The translations under genes were made by a program, and so were the position numbers. DNA of 64,000 nucleotides, taken from Deltaproteobacteria bacterium. Lineage in GTDB: Bacteria > Desulfobacterota > Desulfobacteria > Desulfobacterales > Desulfatibacillaceae. The stretch spans positions 1-64,000 of the forward strand of contig JACRLG010000028.1 of the NCBI GenBank assembly GCA_016235345.1, in the 5' to 3' direction. The notes under the pieces were generated by a model. It worked only from the letters and a program-made list of their open reading frames with translations, searched no databases and was not told the origin of the DNA. The first letter of the stretch is position 1. Each line of letters begins with the position of its first letter. Below are positions 18,003-26,305 of the stretch, piece by piece.

Positions 18003-19118
18003 ATGAACTTCGAGTTCAACGAAAAGGAACAGGCATTTTTGACCCAGATTGAGTCAATAATGACCGATTTTGAGCCCATGGCGGGAAAGAGCGTGACCGA
18101 GCCCCTGGCCGCCATCCTGGAAAAGCTCGCAGCCACCGAATATCTTAAGCTCGGCCTGGAAAAGACCGAGGGAATGGGCGTCCCGGTCATTCTGGCCGCA
18201 GCCCAGGAGCGCTTCGCCGCCGCCTACCCCTCGCTCTATCTCACTGTTGAAATGAGCGCCAGGGTTTTCGGGCGCATCCTTTTTTATCACGCGGACGCCG
18301 CCCAGAAGGCGAAATACCTCGCGCCCCTTCTGGCCGGAAAACTCGTCGGTGCGCTGGCGCTTTCGGAAAGCTCCATGAACGTGGACAACGAGCCGCTTTC
18401 CACCACGGCCACGGCTGACGGCGGCGGATACGTGGTTTCCGGCGCGAAAAGCTACGTGGTGAACGCGGGCGTTGCGGACGTGATCGCCGTCGCCTGCCGG
18501 GTAGACGACAAGGTGGGCTTCGCGCTTGTGGACAAAAATGCTGCTGGCCTTACCATCGGAAACCCCTACGCCACCCTTGGCTTCGAGGGAGCCCTGATAG
18601 CGAGCCTCACCCTTGAAAACGTGAAGGTGGAAAAGGGCGCTTTCCTTGGTCCTTACGACGCCAAAACCGCGCTTTCGGCGGTGCGGATGTTCGAAAACCA
18701 GGTCCTCACCGGAGCCGCCGTGGGGGCCATGAAGGCCGCCTTCGAGGCCGCAAAAAAGCACGCCAAGGAACACAAGAGCGGCGGAAAGCCGGTCATCGCC
18801 TTCCAGGAGGTGGCCTTCAAGCTGGCGGAGATGCTGACCTCGCTTCAGACCGGCGAGCTTTTCGCCATGCGGAGCGCCTGGGTTGCGGAAACCACACCCA
18901 AGGAAGCGGAGGACATCATCCTCTGCGCCAAGGTCTTCTGTTCGGAATCGGCGGAAAAGGTGGCCTCGGACGCCCTCCAGATTCTGGGCGGCGCGGGCTT
19001 CACCATCCCCAACGCGGCGGAGCGGGCCTACAGGAACGCCAAGTATACGGCCATCGCCGGGACTTCCACGGAAATCTGCCGGGTTAAAATCGGCGACTCG
19101 GAACTCGGATACAGGTAA
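18003..19118 (+). CDS. Acyl-CoA dehydrogenase family protein (divergent, possibly a partner subunit).
   Basis: 371 aa with ACAD-like architecture but weak conservation of catalytic-region motifs. Confidence 0.75.
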   Translation: MNFEFNEKEQAFLTQIESIMTDFEPMAGKSVTEPLAAILEKLAATEYLKLGLEKTEGMGVPVILAAAQERFAAAYPSLYLTVEMSARVFGRILFYHADAAQKAKYLAPLLAGKLVGALALSESSMNVDNEPLSTTATADGGGYVVSGAKSYVVNAGVADVIAVACRVDDKVGFALVDKNAAGLTIGNPYATLGFEGALIASLTLENVKVEKGAFLGPYDAKTALSAVRMFENQVLTGAAVGAMKAAFEAAKKHAKEHKSGGKPVIAFQEVAFKLAEMLTSLQTGELFAMRSAWVAETTPKEAEDIILCAKVFCSESAEKVASDALQILGGAGFTIPNAAERAYRNAKYTAIAGTSTEICRVKIGDSELGYR

Positions 19119-19125
19119 ACCATTC

Positions 19126-19240
19126 GCCCGTCTAAAAACGCGAATGGCGGTGTCACGCATCACGGCACGGGTCGTCATGTACGAAAAGTACTACTCCTCC
19201 CCGCGCCGCTCGCGAACCTTAGCGTTTCATCGCCAAAACT
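19126..19240 (+). repeat. Intergenic palindromic repeat element, copy B (subfamily 2).
   Basis: CCCGTCTAAAAACGCGAA left end, core GGGTCGTCATGTACGAAAAGTACTAC TCCTCCCCGC and right end TTCATCG. Nearly identical to copy D. Confidence 0.7.
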
Positions 19241-19291
19241 CAACAACTGACATCCAGGCTTCATATCAAGCCTTTTTCAACGGACTCATAA

Positions 19292-19948
19292 ATGACTGAA
19301 GCGGCAAAAAACGGAACGGTTTCAACAAGCGCCCTTCGCAGGCAGAGGGAGCGGGAGCAGCGGTATCAAACGATATTGTCGGTGGCCGAAAACCTTTTTT
19401 CCACAGAGGGCTACCACGCCACCAGCATGGACAGGATCGCCCAGGCGGCGGAGGTCTCGGTAGGCACCCTGTACTTTTACTTCAAGAACAAGGAAGACCT
19501 TCTGGTCCAGCTCTTATCCGACATCGGCTTTCGCATAAGGGAGCTTGTGGGAAGCGAATTTATCCGCTCTGACGCGACACTCGTTGGTTTCGAGCAGGCG
19601 GGCCTTTCGTTTTTCACACAGTTTTGCGTTAAGCACCCGGAAAAGATCACCATTTTTTTCCGGGAATCCGTAGGCCAGGGACAGGCCGTGGAGGCCATGC
19701 GGAAAAAAATATTCAAAAAGTTCACCGCCGATATAGTCGGCGCCCTTGAGCGGCTTTCCAAGAAACTTGGCGTGACCTTCAGAAGCGGGCTTTCCACCGA
19801 AGTGATGGCCGTGTCCATTGTGGGCATGTACGAGAAGGTGGCCTACCAGTATCTTATCTGGAACGACAGGTCGGACGAGCTTCAGCGCGTGGCGGAAGAC
19901 GCCCTTGCCTTCATCGTGGGCGGCGTCAAAAACCTGTGCAAAGAGTAA
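19292..19948 (+). CDS. TetR/AcrR family transcriptional regulator.
   Basis: N-terminal HTH LFSTEGYHATSMDRIAQAAEVSVGTLYFYFKNKEDL. Confidence 0.85.
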   Translation: MTEAAKNGTVSTSALRRQREREQRYQTILSVAENLFSTEGYHATSMDRIAQAAEVSVGTLYFYFKNKEDLLVQLLSDIGFRIRELVGSEFIRSDATLVGFEQAGLSFFTQFCVKHPEKITIFFRESVGQGQAVEAMRKKIFKKFTADIVGALERLSKKLGVTFRSGLSTEVMAVSIVGMYEKVAYQYLIWNDRSDELQRVAEDALAFIVGGVKNLCKE

Positions 19949-19952
19949 AGCC

Positions 19953-20516
19953 ATGCACTTGAAAGGCGCACTCCACGTACACACCACCTGCTCGGACGGC
20001 ACCCTGTCCATAAAGGAGGCCGTGGAAGCCCACGAGGCCCAGGGCTTTGACTTCATGGCCCTCACAGACCATGATTTTCTGATGCGCAAGGGCTGCTACG
20101 ACGTTGTTTCGCGCCTTCGCACGGACATGATAATTTTTCTGGGCGAGGAGATCATGTTCCACGAGAAGGGCTACATCCACATAAACCGGGTGCAGGGCGA
20201 CCGGGAAGTTCTCCACGTTTTCAACCATCCGTCGGAGCTTGGGCTTCCGGTTCCCCAGACCATCGAGCGCATGAGGGCAGTTTCCGAAAAACTGCGCCTG
20301 GATGCGGTTGAAATCACCACCAGGGGCTTTTACACGAAGGAATTCGACGTCCCAGAAGTATGGCTTAAAAAGATCGCAACGGACGACTCCCACGAGCGCC
20401 ACATGATAGGACGCGCCTGGGTGGAGATGGACGCCCCGCGCGACAAGGACGCAATTTTGCGGGCCATAAAAAACGGGGATTTCTGGAACTGCTTCGCATC
20501 GAGAAGGCACAGATAA
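19953..20516 (+). CDS. PHP-domain (polymerase/histidinol-phosphatase-like) metal-dependent phosphoesterase.
   Basis: LHVHTTCSDG and ALTDHD motifs. Start assigned to ATG 19953 (MHLKGALHVHT). Confidence 0.7.
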   Translation: MHLKGALHVHTTCSDGTLSIKEAVEAHEAQGFDFMALTDHDFLMRKGCYDVVSRLRTDMIIFLGEEIMFHEKGYIHINRVQGDREVLHVFNHPSELGLPVPQTIERMRAVSEKLRLDAVEITTRGFYTKEFDVPEVWLKKIATDDSHERHMIGRAWVEMDAPRDKDAILRAIKNGDFWNCFASRRHR

Positions 20517-20557
20517 ATATCTTTGTGGCTCTGAACTATTTTCAGCAAAGCGCTTTT

Positions 20558-20623
20558 CCTGGGAGCGCGGGCGTCCCGCCCGCTTTTGCAGCGTAATGCG
20601 GGCGGGACGCCCGCGCTCCCAGG
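20558..20623. promoter_or_regulatory. Long perfect GC-rich hairpin (26-bp stem, 14-nt loop): a putative terminator or regulatory structure.
   Basis: CCTGGGAGCGCGGGCGTCCCGCCCGC ttttgcagcgtaat GCGGGCGGGACGCCCGCGCTCCCAGG, between the PHP gene and the thiolase gene. Confidence 0.4.
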
Positions 20624-20752
20624 GTAAAAGTTTCCTGTCCATTTTACGGCAAAGTTGAGAATAGCATAAAGCCACGAAGATTTTTTCGGAAGGGCGCGAC
20701 AATCCGCGCCATTTTTCAATCACTGGCATAAAAGGCTTCGGAGGGTTCAACC

Positions 20753-21892
20753 ATGAACAAAGTCGGCATCTGCGCGGTTGCGCAAGGTCCCTTTGAACGG
20801 AACACCTGGCACGAGCGCTTCCAGGGCATGGCCATGCCCGTACTGGAATCGCTCCTTTCGCAAACCGGCCTCGACTTCGCCGAAGACACGGGCATAAACG
20901 TCATCGTCTCCTGCTCGGACGACGTTTTCGACGCCCGCACCATTTCGGACAACGGCATGACCGATGTTCTGGGCGGCCACATGCGCTGCGAGGAAAAGGT
21001 GGCCCAGGACGGCATCCAGGCGGTCTACTACGCATCAAGCATCATAATGAGCGGCTACACCGACGTGGTGCTGGTTTTGGGCCACTCGAAGGAATCCCAG
21101 GGCCAGAGCCGCAACATGGTGACGCACCTTGCCTTCGACCCATTCTACACAAGGCCTGTGGGGCTTGATTTCACGGCGGCGGCGGGGCTCCAGGCAAGGG
21201 CCTACGGAAAACTTTCCGGCGTCTCCGAAGAAGAACTCGCCGAAATCGTGGTGAGAAGCCGCGAGAACGCGAAGAGAAATCCGCACACCCAGGACCTTGC
21301 GCCTGTTTCGATGGACGACGTTCTTTCCTCCCCCATGCTGGCCGACCCCATCCGCCAGCTTCACGCCTACCCGGTATCGGACGGCGTTGTGGGAATGATC
21401 TTCGCTTCCGAGGAACGCGCCAAAAAACTCTGCAAGAACCCGGTCTGGGTCACGGGCCTGGGTAACTGCATGGACGGCTTCTTTCTGGGAGACCGGGACA
21501 TCGCCGACAACTTCGCTCTTAAAAAGGCGGCGGAGCGCGCCTACAAGCGGGCTGGAATCACCGACCCGGCCAAGGAAATCGACATCTTCGAGGTGTCCGA
21601 TCACTACGCCTACCAGCAGCCCATGTGGCTTGAGGGCCTGGGGCTCGCCGAAACCGGAAAGGGCCCGAAGTTCCTGGCACACGGAGGCAAGGACCGGGTG
21701 AATCCTTCGGGCGGGATGCTTGCCGGAAACCCCCTCATGCTGGGCGGCCTCGTTCGCGCGGCGGAAGCCGCCGTGCAGCTTAAAAATGAGGCCGGGGACA
21801 GGCAGATTCCGGGAGTGAAGAAGGCGCTCGCCCACGGAGTTATGGGGCCGGCGGGGCAGTTCCATGGCGTTGCGGTTTTATCAAAGGACTAG
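20753..21892 (+). CDS. Thiolase-like protein (SCP-x/Ltp-type; may be a non-canonical partner subunit).
   Basis: 379 aa thiolase fold lacking the canonical N-terminal active-site Cys context. Adjacent to a second thiolase-like gene. Confidence 0.75.
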   Translation: MNKVGICAVAQGPFERNTWHERFQGMAMPVLESLLSQTGLDFAEDTGINVIVSCSDDVFDARTISDNGMTDVLGGHMRCEEKVAQDGIQAVYYASSIIMSGYTDVVLVLGHSKESQGQSRNMVTHLAFDPFYTRPVGLDFTAAAGLQARAYGKLSGVSEEELAEIVVRSRENAKRNPHTQDLAPVSMDDVLSSPMLADPIRQLHAYPVSDGVVGMIFASEERAKKLCKNPVWVTGLGNCMDGFFLGDRDIADNFALKKAAERAYKRAGITDPAKEIDIFEVSDHYAYQQPMWLEGLGLAETGKGPKFLAHGGKDRVNPSGGMLAGNPLMLGGLVRAAEAAVQLKNEAGDRQIPGVKKALAHGVMGPAGQFHGVAVLSKD

Positions 21893-21903
21893 GAGGAATA
21901 ACG

Positions 21904-23094
21904 ATGAGCAAACACAAGAAAAACCGCAACGTGGGCGTCGTGGGGGTGGGCATGTCGGTCTTTTCCAGCCACCGCGAGGAAGTGAACCAGCCTGAAATGA
22001 TTTTCGAGGCAGTGGCCGAGGCCCTCAAAAACGCCGGAATAACCATGGATGACGTTGATTGCGTGGTTCACGGCAACATGGAGCTTTTTGAAATGGTCCA
22101 TCAGCCGGACCTCTGGCACACCCTCGGCACGGGCTCGCGCGGGAAGGAAGTCTTGCGGGTCACCACCGGCGGCACCACCGGCGCGACCCTGGTCTGCGCG
22201 GCGGACGCCCTGGTTGCCTCCGGGCTTCATGACATAGTGCTGGCCATCGGCTTCGAAAAGCTCCAGGAAGGCCACACCACGGGCGGCATCACCAATATGG
22301 CGGATCCCTTGTGGGCGCGCCAGCTTCAGACCGGGGCTCTCACCGGCATGACTGCAGCCGACATGATAGAGGAGTTCGGCGAGGAGAGGGCCAAGAAGGT
22401 TTCCATGCGTTACCGCATCCTCATGGATGAAAACTGCATGAAAAACAGGAAGGCCCACCGCCGCCTTGGCCTCACCATGGATCAGGCCGACGATCTTGCG
22501 GTCAACTCCCCGGCCCTGGTGGGCGAGCTTCGCATGATCCACATGTGCTCCCAGAGCGACGGGGCCTGCGCCATGATCTTCGCCTCCGAGGAAAAGGCGA
22601 AACAGCTCTGCAAGCGGCCCGCATGGATAAAGGACCACATCACGGTCCACCGGGAGGAGATGTTCTGCATCTTCGGCGATGCCCCATACAAGACCACCAT
22701 GCGATACGCCGCCGAAAAGCTCTTTGAGCGCAACGGCGTGAAAAATCCGGTTGAGGAATTCGACGTTTTCGAGATGTACGACCCCTCCTCCTGGTGGGCC
22801 ACCGACTGGCTGCGGGAGTTCCTGCTTCTCGAAGGCGACCAGCACCTGAAAATGGTGGAAAACGACGAGATCGCCATAAACGGGAAACTGCCCATAAACC
22901 CGTCGGGAGGCGTCATCGGTTCCAACCCCATCGGGGCCACGGCAATGGTGAGGGTAGCGGAGGCCGCCATGCAGATAATGGGAACAGCCGGGGAGCACCA
23001 GGTTCCGCACGAAGTCAACAAGGCCCTTGCATCGGGCTTCGGCGGCACCATGTGGACGGTCCTGTTCATTTTAACCAGCGAAGTTCCCCAATAG
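21904..23094 (+). CDS. Thiolase-like protein (SCP-x/Ltp2-type).
   Basis: 396 aa thiolase fold (GVVGVGMS, NPSGG, GATAMV). Confidence 0.8.
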   Translation: MSKHKKNRNVGVVGVGMSVFSSHREEVNQPEMIFEAVAEALKNAGITMDDVDCVVHGNMELFEMVHQPDLWHTLGTGSRGKEVLRVTTGGTTGATLVCAADALVASGLHDIVLAIGFEKLQEGHTTGGITNMADPLWARQLQTGALTGMTAADMIEEFGEERAKKVSMRYRILMDENCMKNRKAHRRLGLTMDQADDLAVNSPALVGELRMIHMCSQSDGACAMIFASEEKAKQLCKRPAWIKDHITVHREEMFCIFGDAPYKTTMRYAAEKLFERNGVKNPVEEFDVFEMYDPSSWWATDWLREFLLLEGDQHLKMVENDEIAINGKLPINPSGGVIGSNPIGATAMVRVAEAAMQIMGTAGEHQVPHEVNKALASGFGGTMWTVLFILTSEVPQ

Positions 23095-23113
23095 GCGAAG
23101 GGAGGAAGATAAC

Positions 23114-26100
23114 ATGAATCTTGGAAATTACCTGGACGAGGCGGTCAGGAAGTACGCCCAAGTGCCCTACCTTCGCTTTTACGACGAGACCGTCACCTAC
23201 GCCGAATTCGGGCGAAGGGTGAACGTCCTTGCCAACGCCCTTAAAAAGCACGGCGTGAAAAAGGGCGATTTCATTCATGTCCTGGTGCAGAACAGCCCCT
23301 ACACCCTGGTGAGCTATTTCGCCATAATGAAGATTGGCGCGGTGGCGGGCCCCATCAACGGCTGGTGGAAGGCCAAGGAAGTCGAGTATCTGTTGAACGA
23401 CTCCCAGGGCCCCGGCCTCATCATCGAGGACCAGTATCTCGATATTTTGAAGGAAATCCGGCCCAACTGCCCCAATCTCAAAACCGTCATCCAGGTTAAC
23501 GGGGAAATCCTGCCGGGCCACCTCGATTTCGACGCCCTCCTTGCCGAAGGCGACGAGACCCCTGTCGTCTGCGAGGCAGCGCCCGACGACGACGCCTACA
23601 TTTTCTACACCTCCGGCACCACCGGAAACCCCAAGGGCGTGCTTTTGGCCCACAAGAGCGTTCTCGCCGACATCAACGGAGTGAACGCGGCGCTCAACAC
23701 CGAAGAAGGCATGGTGGTTCTCATCTTCCTGCCCCTTTTCCACGTGAACGCCATGCTCTCCACAAGCTCCTCCATGCAGAAGGGAAACACGGTGGTGCTT
23801 CGGAAGCAGTTTTCGGCGTCCGAATTCTGGGAGGTGGTGGATAAGTTCAAGGTCAATTTCTGGAGCGCGGTCCCGGCGGTTTACCAGATACTTTTAAAAG
23901 ACCCCGGTCGCCAGAAGTTCGATCTCTCAAGCCTCAAGTTCGGCGTCTGCGGCGCGGCCCCGCTTTCTACCGAGACCATGAACGAATTCCAGGCCACCTT
24001 CAACATCCCCATAGTCGAAGGCTACGGACTCACCGAGGCCACCTGCGTCTCCACCATCAACCCCCGCGACGGCGTGCGCAAAATCGGCTCCATCGGCCTG
24101 GCCCTTCCCGGCCAGGAGGTGAAAATCCTGGACCCGGACGGAAAAGAGTGCCCGCCGAACGTTCCGGGCGAAATCTGCATAAAGGGTGACGTTGTGATGA
24201 AGTGCTATTACAACCGCCCGGAAGCAACCGCAGAGACCATAAAGGACGGGTTCCTGCACACGGGCGACGTGGCCTACAAGGATGATGACGGCTACATCTT
24301 CATAGTGGACCGCATAAAGGACATGATCATCCGTGGTGGCGAGAATATCTACCCCAAGGAAATCGACAACGTGGTGATGGGCCACCCGAAAGTGGCCGAG
24401 GCCGCAACCGTTGGCGTTCCCGACAAGACCATGGGCGAGGAGGTCCAGGTCTTCATAGTGCCGCGCGAGGACGACATCACCGAAGAGGAAATCATCGAGC
24501 ACTGCAAAAAGCACTTGGCGTCCTTCAAGGTCCCGAAATACGTCACCTTTTTGTGGGACGAGGACATGCCGCGTAACGCCGTCGGCAAGACCCTCAAAAA
24601 GGAACTTCGCCAATACGGAACAGCCCCCCGGCCCAAGAAAACCGGAGGCCCTGTCGTAACAGTGGCCGACATCTTCGGTACCATGGAAAGCCGGGTCAAC
24701 CCCGAAGGCGTGGCGGGAATCACCGCCAACTACGGCTACATAATTACCGGCGAGGGCGGCGGCGAGTACACGGTCTCGGTGAAAGACGGAGTGGTGAAGG
24801 TACTCTCCGGCATAGTCGACCCCGGCGTCACCACCATGGTGGCTGCCAAGGACTGGATAGCGATAACCCTGGGAACCCTGGACGGCATGACGGCGTTCAC
24901 ATCCGGCAGGCTCAAGGTTGAGGGCGATTTCGGCCTTCTGACAAAGGCAACCAAGTTCTTCAAGAAATACACGCCGCCCGCTGCGGCCCCCCAGGCAACG
25001 GTTGCCGACATCTTCGGAACAATGGAGTCCCGCGTCAATCCCGAAGGCGTGGCCGGAATCACCGCCAACTACGGCTACATCATAACCGGCGAGGGCGGCG
25101 GCGAGTACACGGTTTCGGTGAAGGACGGCGCGGTGAAGGTTCTCTCCGGCATAGTCGATCCCGGCGTCACCACCACCGTTTCCGCCAAGGACTGGATCGC
25201 CATCACCCTTGGAAAACTGGACGGCATGACAGCCTTCACCTCAGGTCGCCTGAAGGTGGAGGGAGACTTCGGACTTCTTCCCAAGGCCACCAAGTTCTTC
25301 AAGAAATACGCTCCGCCCGCCCCGGTTGCCGAAGCCACCGTGGCAGACATCTTCGGAACAATGGAGTCCCGCGTCAACCCCGAAGGCGTTGCCGGGATAA
25401 CCGCCAACTACGGCTATATGATCACCGGCACGGGCGGCGGCGAGTACACCGTGTCGGTGAAGGACGGCGCGGTCAAAGTTCTTTCCGGCATCGTCGATCC
25501 CCAGGTGACCACAACCTGCTCGGCCAAGGACTGGATCGCCATTACCCTTGGGAAACTGGACGGCATGACCGCCTTCACCTCAGGGCGCTTAAAGGTTGAG
25601 GGCGATTTCGGACTTCTCACAAAGGCCACCAAGTTCTTCAAGAAGTACGCCCCGCCAAGCGCTGCGGCCGACGAGCCCAAGGATGAGCTGATCGTCCTCA
25701 AGCAGGTCCTTTCCATTCCCCAGAAGTTCTCCACAGGACCCGTGATGGGAAAATTCCTGAGGAGCCTTAAGGACAAGAAAATAATCGCCAACAAGTGCCC
25801 GAAATGCGGACGCCTCCAGCTTCCCGCCCGCGAAGCCTGCGCCGAGTGCCGCGTTCGCGCCACCGACTGGGTGGAGGTCGGCCCGGAAGGCGTCCTCACC
25901 ATCACGGACGTGGCCTTCTACGCCTCGCCCGACCCTCTCACCGGCGACACCCGCGAGACGCCCTACTGCGCCGCCCACATCCTTCTGGACGGCTGCAAGG
26001 ACCACGAAACCCTTTGGCACGAGCTGAACCCGGACGACATAGGCCGCGCCAAAAAGGGAATGCGCGTGAAACCCGTGTGGGACGACAAGCGCAAAGGAGC

Positions 26101-26137
26101 GATAACGGACATAAAGTACTTTACGCTAATTGACTGA
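23114..26137 (+). CDS. Fusion protein: AMP-dependent acyl-CoA synthetase, three tandem SCP2 sterol-carrier domains and a C-terminal DUF35 (Zn-ribbon and OB-fold) domain.
   Basis: YTSGTTGNPKG, GYGLTE and the GDVAYKDDDGYIFIVDRIKD adenylation motifs. Three 113-aa repeats (ADIFGTMESRVNPEGVAGITANYGY..TAFTSGRLKVEGDFGLLTKATKFFKKY) match the SCP2 fold. C-terminal CPKCGRLQLPAREACAEC plus an OB region equals DUF35. Confidence 0.85.
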   Translation: MNLGNYLDEAVRKYAQVPYLRFYDETVTYAEFGRRVNVLANALKKHGVKKGDFIHVLVQNSPYTLVSYFAIMKIGAVAGPINGWWKAKEVEYLLNDSQGPGLIIEDQYLDILKEIRPNCPNLKTVIQVNGEILPGHLDFDALLAEGDETPVVCEAAPDDDAYIFYTSGTTGNPKGVLLAHKSVLADINGVNAALNTEEGMVVLIFLPLFHVNAMLSTSSSMQKGNTVVLRKQFSASEFWEVVDKFKVNFWSAVPAVYQILLKDPGRQKFDLSSLKFGVCGAAPLSTETMNEFQATFNIPIVEGYGLTEATCVSTINPRDGVRKIGSIGLALPGQEVKILDPDGKECPPNVPGEICIKGDVVMKCYYNRPEATAETIKDGFLHTGDVAYKDDDGYIFIVDRIKDMIIRGGENIYPKEIDNVVMGHPKVAEAATVGVPDKTMGEEVQVFIVPREDDITEEEIIEHCKKHLASFKVPKYVTFLWDEDMPRNAVGKTLKKELRQYGTAPRPKKTGGPVVTVADIFGTMESRVNPEGVAGITANYGYIITGEGGGEYTVSVKDGVVKVLSGIVDPGVTTMVAAKDWIAITLGTLDGMTAFTSGRLKVEGDFGLLTKATKFFKKYTPPAAAPQATVADIFGTMESRVNPEGVAGITANYGYIITGEGGGEYTVSVKDGAVKVLSGIVDPGVTTTVSAKDWIAITLGKLDGMTAFTSGRLKVEGDFGLLPKATKFFKKYAPPAPVAEATVADIFGTMESRVNPEGVAGITANYGYMITGTGGGEYTVSVKDGAVKVLSGIVDPQVTTTCSAKDWIAITLGKLDGMTAFTSGRLKVEGDFGLLTKATKFFKKYAPPSAAADEPKDELIVLKQVLSIPQKFSTGPVMGKFLRSLKDKKIIANKCPKCGRLQLPAREACAECRVRATDWVEVGPEGVLTITDVAFYASPDPLTGDTRETPYCAAHILLDGCKDHETLWHELNPDDIGRAKKGMRVKPVWDDKRKGAITDIKYFTLID
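24661..25680 (+). repeat. Intragenic tandem repeat, three units of 339 bp (about 90% nucleotide identity) encoding the three SCP2 domains.
   Basis: Units begin near 24664, 25003 and 25343. The repeated minus-strand artefact ORFs (MAVIPATPSGLTR...) recur at the same 339-bp period. Confidence 0.8.
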
Positions 26138-26138
26138 C

Positions 26139-26255
26139 AGCCCGTCTAAAAACGCGAACTGACAGTGCCAGAGCTTCAAAGCCAATTCCGCCACGTACTT
26201 TCAGTACGCTTGCTCATTGGCTTATCGCTCTCCTTGCATTTCATCGTTTTTATCC
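26139..26255 (+). repeat. Intergenic palindromic repeat element, copy C (subfamily 1).
   Basis: Starts 2 nt after the stop codon at 26137 and contains the AAGCCAATTCCGCCACGTAC...CATTGGCTT hairpin core. Confidence 0.7.
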
Positions 26256-26305
26256 AGGCTGTAATCCAAGCCTTTTGGGGACGGCTGTTAAAAGGAGGAA
26301 ATGAC

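Noticed and set aside
18054-19178. 374-aa minus-strand ORF.
   Set aside because: Antisense to the second acyl-CoA dehydrogenase gene. It is a typical long open antisense frame in high-GC DNA with Arg/Gly-rich composition and no motifs.
24661-25680. Regularly spaced repeats that could suggest a CRISPR array.
   Set aside because: The period is 339 bp with near-identical whole units (no short repeat/unique spacer alternation), the array is in-frame coding sequence for SCP2 domains, and no cas genes are present. No CRISPR array anywhere in the window.
24349-25905. Series of minus-strand ORFs (MAVIPATPSGLTR…) of 110-163 aa.
   Set aside because: These are antisense reading frames regenerated by the 339-bp tandem SCP2 repeats inside the ligase gene, and do not represent independent genes.
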